Source: Octopus sinensis
Lineage: Eukaryota
DNA length: 64,000 nucleotides
Reading direction: 5' to 3'
Assembly: GCF_006345805.1 (NCBI RefSeq)
Contig: NC_042997.1
Coordinates: forward strand, 28,830,001-28,894,000
Shown in pieces: positions 27,300-40,488 of the stretch. Made by a program: the position numbers and the translations under genes. The stretch's first letter is position 1. Every line of letters starts with the position of its first letter. The notes under the pieces are model-generated. The model ran no database searches and was not told the DNA's origin. It saw nothing but the letters and a program-made list of their open reading frames with translations.

Positions 27300-30167
27300 C
27301 ACTGGTCAACACGAATTTTGGTGCCATGAAACAAAAGACGTTTTTTCGCTAATTTGATGGTGCTGATTCCGAAAATGACCTTAGTTTTTCGTGGTTAGCT
27401 ACCGTTTTTGCTGTACTGAAATTGCTCATTTTTGGAAAAAAGATCCATTTACGATCTTGGCTGATCACAAAATTTAGTTTAAAAAGGTAATAGAAACCCA
27501 TAAATTTTTAGGTGGGCCGAGGATTTATATCAGCCACTTGAAATAAAGTAGTTTTATAAGTAAAAAAAAGTATTTTTGAATAAAAAATTTTAAAACAGAA
27601 GTACCGAATTTTCCCAATTTATAGCCAAAATTTAAATTAACTAATTAACTTTATCAGTAATACACCTTAGTAAACCTGATAATTGAGATGACATAAAAAA
27701 ATTAAACCCTAAAATCTGTTTGATATTCATAAATTTATCCCATCAATACGGAAGGAAACCAAGCACATTAAGAACATTTGTTTTCACACCTGGAAAAAAT
27801 CTCCAACTAAAGACATCCGAATTAAATGCATCTATTCCATTGTACATGATGACCATCATGAAAATGGTTTCACCATAATATCTGCCCTCCTCGCGGGATT
27901 ACGGAGATACGAATTAGAATCAGCGTAACGACTCTTTCCACCTTTTGTTATTGACAGTTTTACGAGTCTTTCCGTAGGACATTAGGAAAGTTCAAATTAC
28001 TTAAATGTGAACACGCAAAGTGTAATGTAAATGGTCAACCAACGCATATTTTTTTTAATCATACAAATAGATTTCAAATAACATGGCTTCAACGAGAGGA
28101 TGCAAAAATTATCCAAACTTATTTTGCTACATATGCGGCGAGTTCACATCGAAAGCCATCAGGAAAACGATATCTGACTTTCACAAGAAAGCCTATTGTG
28201 CTTACTTTTACGTAGAACTTGGTGATCGGGACAAATCATAGGCTCCTCACATTGTTTCCAAGACATGTTTGGAACACATGTTGCAGTGGACTTCAGGAAC
28301 CCGAAAATTACTGAGATTCGCTATTCCTGTGATCTGCCGTGGGCGAAAGAACCACTCTGACGAATGTTACTTCTGATCAGTCAGGGGTTCGAAAGAAACG
28401 CAGATCTATGGATAATCCCAGTCTTCTTTCCGCTATTCGACCAGTGCCGCGTTCAGATGATTTGCCAATCCCAGTATTTCACGAAGATTTGTTGAAAGTC
28501 ACGAGTCTGATACTGCTGTAAATGAGTGACACAACGAAAACGATCCTGACTATGTTCCCGAAACCTTGCCAGAACCGCTTAACCAAAATTAGCTGAATGA
28601 TTTGGTTCAAGATTTAAATCTAAGCAAACAATCAGCAGTCCTGACCTTCAGGCTCAACGAAAAGACCTGTAGCAAAAGGCACAAACGTAACATTCTATCG
28701 AAATAGGGAAGCCGATTTTGTACCATTCTTTAAAGAGAACACGGATCTTGTTCATTGCAATAATGTTGCGAGTGTAATTCTTCGACTAGGCGTCCACAAA
28801 TACAATCCTGAGTAATGTAAATTGTTCACTGATAGTTCAAAATGTAGTTTGAAATGTGTTTTGCACCATAATACCAACATGCGTGCACCAATACCTATAG
28901 ATCATTCAACAACACTGAAGGAAAAACATGATGCCATCAAACAGGTTATAAAACAGATTGACTACACCAAACATAAATGGGTGTTATGTGTCGATTTCAA
29001 AATGGTAAATTTCCTTCTTCGTCAACAAAGTGGCTACACGAAATTCCGATATTTTTTTGTGTATGTCGAACAGTAGAGCAAAAGAGGAGCATTGGGAAAG
29101 GGGTGATTGGCTACCCCGAGAGTTGAAAATCAAAGAAAAGAACGTTACTAGTGCAGCGATAGTTCCGAAAGAAAAACTTTATCTTCGTACCCTTGCATAT
29201 CAAATTGGGATTAATGAAATCACTCGACAAAGAAAGTAAATGATTTGAGTATATAGATAAATCGTTTCCAGGACTTATCACCGAAAATCTCAAAGCAGGA
29301 ATGCTTGATGGTCCTGATATGAGGAAACACAATAAGGAGGATGAATTTATTAATTCAATGAATGCATTGGAATTTTGCACTTGAACATCATTTGTTGAGG
29401 TGGGAAAAAACTTCTTAGGCAATCGCCGGGCCGAAATCTACCAGGAGTTATTGGAAAATCTGTTGAAAAGTCTACAGGACAAAGGCACTATGAGTATTAA
29501 GGTTCTTTTTTTACATAGCCATGTAGATAAATTTCTGGATAATTGCGTCGATGTGAGTGGTGAGCAAGGAGAACAATTTCATCAGGATATCAAAACAATT
29601 GAAGAGTGCTACCAACAACTATGGGGCAAACGAATGATGGCTGACTACTGCTGGAAAATCAAAAGTGACTTAACATTGAACATGACAGATAATCCAGAAA
29701 GAGAACATTTTTACAATAGTTCTTATGTTCACAAAAGTTTTATTTCTGCTGTTAGTTTCGTTAATGATTTGATGAAAATACTTGTTTGACTTGGTATATT
29801 CAATCGTGTTATTTTTAAACACTTCTTGTTATAGCAAAGACTTATTGCTACTTTTAAAGACGGATTGTTATTGCAAAAATAGCATTTCTCAATAAGTAGA
29901 CCAATATTTGTTGGTTTAAATACAAATTGAGAGGTTTCTACGATATTACTTGGAGAAATCCTGCCATCGATCAATAATCAAATATACAGAAAACAATTGA
30001 TTTTTTTCTTTTTTTTTCAAAAACGAGGCATTTCTCTACAGCTAAAATGGTAGTTAACCAAGAAAAAGTAAGAGCCTTTTTCAGATTCAGCGCCCCCAAA
30101 TTAGCTAAAAAAGGTGATTGGTGTCTCGACACTATTTCAATTTATTTTTTGTTGTTGTTGACCAGTG
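27300..30167 (+). mobile_element. Chapaev3-like (CMC group) DNA transposon, full length, transposase pseudogenised (about 28083-29680)
   Basis: Termini cactggtcaaca / tgttgaccagtg with about 120-bp imperfect TIRs; MASTRGCKNYPNLFCYICGE, LGDRDKS*APH, LHIKLGLMK, KAGMLDGPD, NFLGNRRA, FLHSHVDKF...SGEQGEQFHQDI...MMADYCW; family name from recall. Confidence 0.8.
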
Positions 30168-30823
30168 ATATCTATATAATGTATAATACAATTGTTTTTG
30201 TCTGTAGAGACAAGAGCATCTTTGATATTAGCAGATTATGTTAAAAACGTACAGTGTTCTATGTTTGCATATCCGGAATTATATGCACGATGGCCAATAA
30301 ACTCTGAGCTTAAACTTACCATAGTTTGTAGCTTAGGAACAATGCTAACCAACATTCAATTACTTGCCAATATTAATGTATTTGAAAATAATTGAAGTGT
30401 TGATAAACGTACAAAACATGGCCACAATCATTATAATTAATGCCAGCGAAAAATGTAAATAACCACCTTTAAAATTTAATGACATGCTGAAATCCGGAGG
30501 ATACATTCAGTTTCTTACAAAGCAACGCCCACATCGTGTATATTTGGAAGAAACACTACCGAGGCAAATTTGAAAGAACATAAAATTCAAGATCACAAAT
30601 GATCAGCCAGTATCCGTTATAACTTGTCAACTTGGATATGCATGCATGTATTTATGTCTGAATGTATATGTAACAGTAACAGTTAAGCTTCGTGCAATGG
30701 CCATACTCGATAACGAAGGGGCAGCCATAATCATAATAAAACAATGTAAGTGTATGGAGGTATGCATGCAAGCATATGCAATTGTATAAACGAAAGCATA
30801 CACACACATATAAATGTGTGTAT

Positions 30824-30824
30824 T

Positions 30825-30871
<47 letters not shown>

Positions 30872-30883
30872 CGAGAGAGAGTG

Positions 30884-30914
<31 letters not shown>

Positions 30915-30915
30915 C

Positions 30916-30953
<38 letters not shown>

Positions 30954-30979
30954 GTAGATATATATATATATATATATAT

Positions 30980-31055
<76 letters not shown>
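30824..31055. repeat. Compound (TA)n/(GA)n/(GATA)n microsatellite
   Basis: Direct reading. Confidence 0.95.
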
Positions 31056-31095
31056 GCGTACAACATGCGTTCGTGCAGACGTACGTACATATATA

Positions 31096-31888
31096 CGAAG
31101 TCTGATCAATAAGTATCTAGACTTTTGCCATAGTAACATAGCTAAAGCACGCTGAGTGAACCTGCTTAGCAAAGATTGACCTTCAGCTCTGATGTGCAAG
31201 CTACAGTGACATATATACAAATGCATATATACACAGCCATAAATACTAACCAAAGTACTACGCAGAGGCTACCTAATACGTATACCTCATTTCCGCTGTT
31301 TTCTGCAATGCTTGGGATGAAGGAGTGTAGCGTCTGATTGTAGCATTGACCATGACAGAGGGTGTACCTGCTCAGAGGCCTGCGCAAGGTTCCAGAAATT
31401 GTATGGAGAGGAGTCTATGATCCGCATGCAAGTGTAAGAGTGGTTCAGACGCTTTCAAGATTGCGAAAAAAGTGTTATTGACGAACATTGTGGGATTCCC
31501 GCAACCAGCTGAACTGAGGAAGGCATCGCAACTGTGCATGTAGCTATTAAGAAAAATAATCGAATCACCATATTTGAGTAATCAAGGGAGGGGCAGATTA
31601 GTTATGGTTCTGTTCACTCCATTATCTCTGAAAATTTGGGTATGAGACGCGAGCTCGCCAAGTTTCTGCAAAAATCGCTTTTAGCTGGCCAAAATGACAC
31701 TCGGTTTGTAGTTACACAATACCTACTTCACTGTGTCGAGAGCGACGAGAACTTCTTGAAAACTTTGCGTAGGCATTTGAGCAGATACCACCAAGCTTGA
31801 TGCAGATTCTCTGAACAATCTGTCCCAATCTGCTTGCTTAAGCTTCATTACTATGGCAAGAGACCGGATACTTATTGATCAGCACGTG
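31096..31888 (+). mobile_element. Internally deleted mariner element
   Basis: TIRs cgaagtctgatcaataagtatc / gatacttattgatcagcacg; N-terminal relic QISYGSVHSIISENLGMRR. Confidence 0.8.
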
Positions 31889-31907
31889 TACGTACATACA
31901 TACATAG

Positions 31908-31954
<47 letters not shown>

Positions 31955-32063
31955 CAGGTTTGATAATTGCGAACGCATGAGACGCTCGGTCCTTGAGTCA
32001 CACTAGCTTTTTTCTAAATATTAATAAAATAGATATAGTTCTACACCCTATCTATTTTCTTCT

Positions 32064-32250
<187 letters not shown>

Positions 32251-32653
32251 CCAATATAAAATATTGTACGTTTAAACTCAAGAGAAATCTACATTTAATA
32301 TGTAATTCTTACAAGCTAGAAGAAGCAGTCAAAACGACCAAAACCACATTTAAGAGCAATTTTCGAAGGGAATGGAAAATAAAACCTTTTACCTTGCTAT
32401 TTTTTACGGTTTTACCTAGTTTCAGATTATTATATATATGTGTTTATGTATGTGTGTGTGTGAAGCTACATTTTAAAGCCCGGATATATTTCTATGCTTT
32501 GAGTGTATCGTTACTCGTCAAGCCCATTGTGGAAATTTTTTGTCTCTCATGATAGCGTCTACATCTGTGGGTGTATGTGAAGTTGAATGTGTACGCCGAT
32601 GTTTATATATATTAGGCAACCTCTGCGTATGTACGTTGGTTAATATCCAAAGC

Positions 32654-32704
<51 letters not shown>

Positions 32705-32809
32705 TATATACCTATGCAGTATGTGTCAATTTCTGAGTGTTGGGATATGTGTAAATATACATATGCTTGTATATACATCTCTTTAATCATAGATATTTTC
32801 TTGTTTGTA

Positions 32810-33060
32810 AGAGAAAAAGTTTCCTTCAATATCTGTTGCGAAATATACTTTCATCTTTATATTTCGATTACAGGGTTTCACGTTAACAAAGAAGAAACAA
32901 ATATGTAATTTCTCATTAAACCGGACTACCTTCTTTCACAGTTGCATATTCAAATACACTCAATTGCAAAAGAGACGTGATACGTGTATGAGTGTGAAAT
33001 ATGTTTAAATTCATTTTGTCTGAGATATATTTTGATAAATCTCATAAAGTCAATTACTTG
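32810..33060 (+). pseudogene. Possible decayed C2H2 zinc-finger array remnant
   Basis: YECEICLNSFCLRYILINLIKSIT has C2H2 spacing with the His residues lost; upstream REKVSFNICCEIYF resembles a second finger. Confidence 0.3.
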
Positions 33061-33074
33061 GATGTACTATGAAC

Positions 33075-34369
33075 ACAGTGTATGGGGCGTTGTTATGTGT
33101 TCTTGTAGTGTGCGGATCCAGCACATCTTGATTGTAGGACGTAACATGTTCAATACCGTGTATGTCGTCCCTGGGTTTTCAAAACGGCCAAATATCGTCG
33201 GTACATGGATGCATGAGGCGGTTCACAAAAGCCATTGGCACGTGTGCCCACATCATCTGGAAAACTGCCTCCAGTTCCTCATGAGTTGTCGGCGTTGGGA
33301 CCACCTAGTCTAGCTGTATGTGTATTTCATCTAACATGTGTTCAATTGGGTTCAAATCCGGACTGAGAGCCGTCCACGTAATGTTTCTGATATGCTGCCG
33401 CCGGAAACCCATACTAAGCCTCACCGTGTGGAAGGGAGCATTGTCCTGCTGGAACACACAGCTTTTGCGCCGCCCATAGAATGGAACGATGTGAGGTCTT
33501 AGGATCTGCTCAACCTAGATCTGCGCTGATGACTCTGTCTGCACCAATATTTTGGAACATATGAGGCCCAATTTTCGGATTCCGGCCGATAGCAGCCCGA
33601 ACCATGATGCTTTGGACACTCCAGGCGTCTCTATACATTACACATGCATCTCTTACGCCACACCGTCACTCTGCCACCCGAGGGGGTAAAAACGCACAAC
33701 CGTCTCTCCTCAGAGAAGACTATTGATCGCCCTTGTTGATGCTGCCAATGTCGGCGTTATGTAGCCCACGATAATCGTGCCTGACGGTGGCGGGCGATGA
33801 GAACAGACCCGTCACCTCGTACCGGATGATGTCAACGCTAGTTGTTGGCGGCCAGTCGACGTCGCACCGTGTCCTCGCTGATGGGTCGCTGTCCAGTGTC
33901 AATGGTTACGCGAAAGGTCACGCTTGCCGGTATGAAGCGATGACGGAGGTGCTGCAGGTGAATGAATCGGTCCTGCCTAGGCGTGTTCACCCTGAGATGC
34001 CCTCTGCGGCCATGCGGTTTGTGTTGTGTCGTTGTTGCAGGCGATAGATGTGCCGATAGATTGTTCTCCCTGTGCTGCTGACAATTGGGTCATATCAGAT
34101 GCCCTCAAATTACTAATGAAAGGAACGCGGTTCAAGTTGATTTTTACGCATTCCTATTTTAATGACAAGTGTGTGCGACTGCCAATCGCGGCATTCAATA
34201 CAGCTGCGTTTTGGCGTCTCACTTTAGGGAAATTTGAAACGATACCCGCAATGTCGGTCTCAGACTTAAACCAGCATGTCTTGGAATATTTACACTTACA
34301 TTTCCGAAATAAATTTTGAGAAGTAGCCATGTATAACATTTAAAACATCGCGTTTCTTCAACAGTTCAA
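33075..34369 (-). mobile_element. Tc1-like transposon, decayed
   Basis: Minus-strand FQQDNAPFH and WTALSPDLNPIEHML; terminal ta|cattgaactgttgaagaaacgcg. Confidence 0.85.
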
Positions 34370-35070
34370 TGTATTGTATTTAGAACAAATTATTCTACTG
34401 TATACACAATAAGTTGCAAAATTGAACTCATTCGTATTTGTTAATAAAAATAATCATTACGAATTTTGAACAAATTTTTAACAGTCAAACCGGGCTTCGT
34501 TAAGAGTTGTCCAGCTTTGCTGTACGCTAATTGAAATTTGTAAGGAGGGGTATATATGACAACAATTCATTTCTTGCTACAAAATAAATAAGTATAGGTT
34601 ATTATTACTTCAGGTAAAGTGAATGGTTTCTTTAGAATTAATGGAAATATTTAAGCAAGTATTAGGATTAGTATCTTATATATCGTTTCGCGTTTAATTT
34701 GGCGGTGGAGTTAATTTTACTGCTAGCCATAAAATACAATATGACAGCATTACATATAGTATAACTTAACATCTTACACTAACTTTGAACTTGATTTTAA
34801 ATAACACGTTGTAAGAAAAATATATATCATTATAGTTCTCTTATCATTCCCTTCTAACACACAGTTTGATTTGTAGATTTTTTCATTCTAAAGTTTATTG
34901 AAAAATACTAAATATATAATGATGTGAATTAACTCGTATACACCTATCTACTATAAATGAATCTTTTACCGTATGTTAAATTATTCATATATCTACCGTC
35001 GCTTATCCCAGAATGCTGCGATTTCTTTTTTAAAGACTATATGACGTTTCAAGCAAACTATTTTGGAGTA

Positions 35071-35419
35071 TTATTAAATCTCTGAATGAGATGTAAACAG
35101 TAACCGCTCGACAATGAAAAGTATAATAGCCATCTCAATATGGCTAGCCACAAAGGGTGTTACTGTAGCTTTTAGCCCCAGGAGATCATCGTCTCCAGCT
35201 GGCTTTAGGCACACTATCTGGGCCCTTATGGTATTTGCAAAGGGAGGCCATCCGTTTCTCGTAAGCCTAAGTGATACACACCGGACCCTTTGCAAATACC
35301 ATAAGGGCATAGATAGTGTGCCTAAAGCCAGCTGGAGACGATGATCTCCTGGGGATAAAAGCTACAGTAACATCCACCCTTTGTGGTTAGCCATATTGAG
35401 ATGGCTATTATACTTTACA
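35071..35419 (-). mobile_element. ORF-less fold-back element: 43-nt tail, about 131-bp inverted arms, 41-nt spacer, 12-bp TSD
   Basis: Arms 35114-35244 and 35286-35420; TSD tattttggagta at 35059-35070 and 35420-35431; homologous to HHR-bearing 57090-57345. Confidence 0.85.
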
Positions 35420-36302
35420 TATTTTGGAGTAGCATAACTAGAATGGCGGTGTAGGGAATGTTACTAGTCGACAGATTCTCAATCTTGATCTAGGCAATAA
35501 CCAGTCAAATGTCAATGATATCTTGATCATATCGATGTTTTAGCTTTATTGAATCATACATACACAGAAGGTCTGCTTTGATATTGCTATTGCAAAGCAA
35601 CATTACAGGCAATTTCCTTTTCATGAGTTTCGTCAACACTTTTAGTGTTCGTCCCATAAGTTGGAGAGCTCACTTTCTGAATATTTCTCTATTGCCCACT
35701 GAATAAAATTTATGCTGCATATGTAATTGCGCAAAATGTGAGCGATCTCAACAAGAAGGTAAACATTTCCCCATTTTTTAGTTAATAATTTCCGTTTTTT
35801 TTACTATTTCAATGTTATATCATAGATATGCTACCAAACTGCCTCACAAGTACTTTAAATTTTTCATGGTAGTAAGGATTTCTTCACTGGTATCCTTTTC
35901 ATACGAATTCAAGTAATAAATTTATTTTAGTTCAAAAAGTGCCATACTTCTCAATAGAAACAGTTACATTTTTATCGTATTGATCCTTACATTGATATTT
36001 CCTGTCATCTTGTAGTATTTTGAGCTTCAGAACTTCCATTGGTGGATGAAGTATGTACGTTTATATGTCATTTGAAAGCACCCATAATCTAATAAGGACA
36101 TTCTGTATAATCAAAACAAATGAAACCGAATTTGTTGAACGAAGAATCTTTTGAAATGTCACTTAACGCGGCACATCAGCACCGAAGGATGCAACGTAAC
36201 ATTTCACCCACGTGGGATCTATGCAAGATGGGTCGAAACGATTGTTTTGATTAACAAGGAATCCCGTGAGTATCATTTAATTTTCTGTTTCTATTCAATT
36301 GT

Positions 36303-36345
36303 TATATACATACATATATATACATATACATACATATATATACAT

Positions 36346-36393
<48 letters not shown>

Positions 36394-36410
36394 ATATATA
36401 TATATATATA
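36303..36410. repeat. (TA)n/(TACA)n microsatellite
   Basis: Direct reading. Confidence 0.95.
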
Positions 36411-36536
36411 ATTATACATGTACAAATACACAGACACGTCTACACACTCTCCTAAATACTCACATACATACACACACATACATACGTACATATATATCAT
36501 GAACTAACTATTACTTTCTCAGATGCAGCACGAAGC

Positions 36537-36587
36537 TTTGTCAGTGAACAGGTCGCAGTCTCAAAGCGACGGAAATATTTTGAAAAA
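36537..36587 (+). ncRNA. Hammerhead-like motif, G3-C8 core variant, within a short insert (about 36500-36665) between TA tracts
   Basis: UUUGUCA-GUGAACA-G-GUCGC(AGUCUCAAA)GCGAC-G-GAAA-UAUUU-UGAAAAA; stem I 6 of 7 paired; one extra U near the cleavage site. Confidence 0.5.
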
Positions 36588-36692
36588 TTAAATTTAAGTG
36601 TTGAAGTGAATCTCACGGTTTTGTGTGTTTCTAAAATGGCTTATAAACACCTTCCACGCTGCCATTATATATATATATATATATATATATAT

Positions 36693-36801
36693 AAGACGGA
36701 GATGAAAATAGCACAGAAGTAAGTCTAAAACATTTCATTTTAAGAGGGAATTTAATAATATTGATTTTAAAAATTACATAAAGAAAATATTACCGGTTTC
36801 G
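36693..36801 (-). mobile_element. Short pLTR-like 3' fragment truncated inside a hammerhead
   Basis: Minus strand CGAAACCGGUA (GAAA + palindromic ACCGGU + A17) at 36791-36801; TA tracts on both sides. Confidence 0.45.
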
Positions 36802-36810
36802 TTATATATA

Positions 36811-38164
36811 GGAGACCCAGAAACTCCTAAATGCAAATCAGCATGGCTTTCGCTGTGGCAGGGACTGTCTAACACAGCTCCTACACCACATTGAAGATGT
36901 ACTCAAAGCCTTGGGAACAGGTTCGAACTCTGATGTTATATATCTTGACTTCAGTAAAGCGTTCGACAGGGTAGACCATAATATCCTACTCTCAAAATTG
37001 GCAAATGTTGGAATCCGTGGAAAAGTTCTACACTGGATCAAGTATTTCCTGGCGAATAGAACACAACATGTTGTAGTTGATGGAGTCCACTCAAGCCCAG
37101 CAAAAGTCACCAGCGGTGTCCCCCAGGGGACTGTCTTGGGTCCGCTACTCTTCATAATCTACATAAACGACCTTTCCAGTGTCGTACATTACTGCAAAGT
37201 GAAAATATTTGCTGATGAAACCAAGCTCCAACAAATCGTCAATGAAGAAGCAGACCGAACTCAACTCCAGTCTGATCTATATGCTGTAAGTCAATGGATA
37301 GACAGAAACAAAATGCAACTGAACGAGGGAAGATTTGAGCTGATGCATTTTGGAAGAAACTCCTCACTAAAACACCCATACACTCTTCCTTCAGGGGAAC
37401 CGCTCACAGCCTCTAACAATATCAGAGACCTGGGTGTAATTGTTGTTGACGATCTCAGTTGGAGTGCACACATCAACAAGAAGGTCGATATAGCTCGTAG
37501 GATGAGTTCCTGGATCTTAAGAACTTTCCGGTCCAGAGAACAAGGTGTCATCATACCACTTTTTCCTCCTTTGTACGGCCACACCTTGAATACTGCTGCC
37601 CACTGTGGTCTCCTCACACAAGACAAAACATCTCCAGAATTGAGTCACCTCAGAGGGCACTAACTAAACGCATTGAAGGCATGGCTGCTCTCGATTATTG
37701 GGATCGCCTTAAAGCCTTGAACGTTTACTCCCTCCCGTGTCGCCGTGAGCGGTACATCATTTGTACGATGTGGAAAATATACCGCCAACTTTGCCCAAAC
37801 GACCTAAACATTAGCTTCAAGGTTCATCCAAGACTTGGACCACGGGCTATACGTCCCCTGCCCAATTCAAGATCACAACATACATGTACACTGCAACATA
37901 ATTTCTTTTCCTCAACAGCCCCTGCCCTATTTAACATTGTCCCGAGAGAGATCAAAGAGGAAAAGGATCCCATCAACTTTAAACAGAGTCTGGATAGATT
38001 CCTTCAAAGAATGCCAGATAAGCCACCCATAATTGGATACAACTCACCCAACAAGAACTCACTACTTGAACAAAACTTGACTTAAACAGGATTCGAATAA
38101 TCCTATCAGGTGGTGCTATTAAGTTTGACATGGCCTGGACCAATCTTTGGTCGAAACATATCTA

Positions 38165-38168
<4 letters not shown>
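36811..38168 (+). mobile_element. 5'-truncated CR1-group LINE (RT domain, C-terminus, 3' UTR)
   Basis: NQHGFRCGRDC, YLDFSKAFDRVDH, SGVPQGTVLGPLLFIIYIND, FADETKL; frameshift near 37565; stop at 38085; ends in (TA)n. Confidence 0.92.
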
Positions 38169-38202
<34 letters not shown>

Positions 38203-38228
38203 TGCATGTATGTATATGTATATATATG

Positions 38229-38268
<40 letters not shown>

Positions 38269-38296
38269 ACCATGCTCATCCTTTAGTCTCCCCGTC

Positions 38297-38340
<44 letters not shown>
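38169..38340. repeat. (TA)n and (CT)n microsatellites
   Basis: Direct reading. Confidence 0.95.
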
Positions 38341-38342
<2 letters not shown>

Positions 38343-38742
38343 TTCGTGCAGCATAAGAAGAGAGCTTAATATACGCAATAAAATTAGTCCATATGTACTT
38401 ACATATTGCGTGGGCCATTTCATTGGTTGGAAACATTCAGTAAAGTTATTATCTTTCGATTATCTATATCTTCTTGCTACTTTCGCAACACACTTTGATT
38501 CTTGGGTTAAAACCACGATTATATTGGTTTCTCCTGCTAAATATTTCATATATATCTATTATGCAAGCTTTGAAGCAATCCTCTAAACAGTTTCAACCTA
38601 TTCATAATCAATATGTTACAATATGTTTGAATAACTTAATTTTCGAAACCGAATATTGTTTCCTTGTCACATTTACTCCCCACCCCCGCTGTTCTATTCC
38701 TGATGCCTTATATATTCTATTTTTATCGTCATTTCTTTAAAA

Positions 38743-38806
38743 GTAGATTATATGGCTTTATCTTTTAATCGTAGATTATATGGCTTTATCTTTTAATCGT
38801 AGATTA
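38743..38806. repeat. 28-bp tandem duplication (2.3 copies)
   Basis: gtagattatatggctttatcttttaatc at 38743 and 38771, partial at 38799. Confidence 0.95.
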
Positions 38807-40369
38807 CATGAAGCAGTAAACCATTGTCGTTTGTCCTTTCCAGTTTTTTCCTACCAGCACACGTTAAATAATACTGTATATAAATATGTCAACATTTTAT
38901 TTGCCAGATTCATTCAGTTTCGTAAAATCCTTCAAGTTAAGACTATAAACCTTAAAGCACTACAGGCACCTGCATAGAAATACTTTCCTTGCCTTCAGTG
39001 ATTTGCTGTTCATTTCCCTATCCATCATCTACGCCAAATAGCCATTTATGAAATTTTGAATTAGGAATGTGTCCTTAGTATCACGGATTCTAATTTTGGC
39101 GGACATAAAATAACTGTAGTGTGATCTATTCAAATATATACAACTTGTTATTAATTAAATGCATATCACGTAATATTTGATAGTTGTTGTTTCTTTTTGT
39201 AGTGGCAATCACCCAGGCAGGATAAAGCCATCTCCAATTGAGTTCACCACGTGACGGGTGAGTTTATTGGGGTTTGTAATCGTGAATCATTATACACGGC
39301 CGGTGGCAGGTCGTCTTTGTGTTACGCGTTCTTGCCGCAGGATGCCCGCAGACACGATCCAACGTTACCGGGAAGCCGTCGGATTCTGGAAGAGACCCTA
39401 CCTGGAATTCTCTGCTGTCTTCCAGTTAGCCGGGTTGTGGCCTTCCCACCGCCGAGATTAAACCTGTTCTCCTGGCAAAATGTGTTAAGGATGTGACTAT
39501 TATGTGATAGACCATGTGTTCAGTTCTTACCATCATTTCACAAGAATGGCCGTAATATTTTCTTGTGTAAATTTCTCATCATATTTAATCTACCGCTCTC
39601 TCGCGAATTTCCAATATATTTTACATATTTACTGATGTCCTGGAATTTTGCTAAATATATTTTTTAGTTCTTATACAATGTAATGGTTTTCACTTTGTTA
39701 CTTTCGGATTTTGCTTCTTTCTGTTCTGTTCAAGTTAATAAACTCCTCTCGCTTTGGCTGGTAGATATTTATTTTCATTCCATAGAATATCTGGTTATCA
39801 ATGGTATCAATATGCATTTTGATTTCTGCTCTCTTAAATTCCAAATCGATGTAATTATTGCATAGTTCATGTGCAAAAATTGGCGAAATCTCTTTCGTCT
39901 TTTGAGTTGTCGAGGTATGCTGCATGGATTATAAACTTATATGTCTTTATAATGTGTTTGTGTATTGAAGTGGCGAACATATTTTTCTCACTGATACAAA
40001 ATATTTTCGTTATCAGTCATATCTTCTCAAAAACAATATATTGAGTTCTTGGGCATATAGATTTCTTTAAATGTTCTTTCTTTTGAGCGTTTTCGCTTGT
40101 GAATTTAATTTATATATACTTGGAACAGTTCTCACAGTTGAAAATACGATTCAAAGGTTCTAAATGTTGTTTCTATAAGAATATTCCATGTTCCTGAAAT
40201 AAATAGAAGTAAATTCGTTCATAGAGCTTAATAGGATATTTTCGAGTATTTCATAAATTTTATCTTGCTTTTAGAGAAACATTTCTTGGAATATTGGGCT
40301 ATAGGTTTGTCAAACAGAATATATTGAAACTAGGTATATTGTGTGCATTATCCCTCTCTTATTATACAT

Positions 40370-40488
40370 CCATACACCCATACATACATAATACATACAT
40401 TCATACATGCATGCATACATACATACATAAATACATACATACATACACACATACATACATACATACATACATACATACATACATACAT
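40370..40488. repeat. (TACA)n microsatellite
   Basis: Direct reading. Confidence 0.95.

Noticed and set aside
36838-37626. Minus-strand ORFs of 105 and 111 aa
   Set aside because: Antisense shadows of the LINE RT coding sequence.
36911-37663. 250-aa RT ORF as a retron, DGR or domesticated RT
   Set aside because: Typical non-LTR RT motifs, 5' truncated, frameshifted, with catalytic FADD changed to FADE.
38126-38165. Hammerhead-like ttgacat...gacca(atctt)tggtc-gaaac
   Set aside because: Positions 8/9 and the spacing are wrong and no stem I forms; better explained as the LINE 3' UTR stem-loop.
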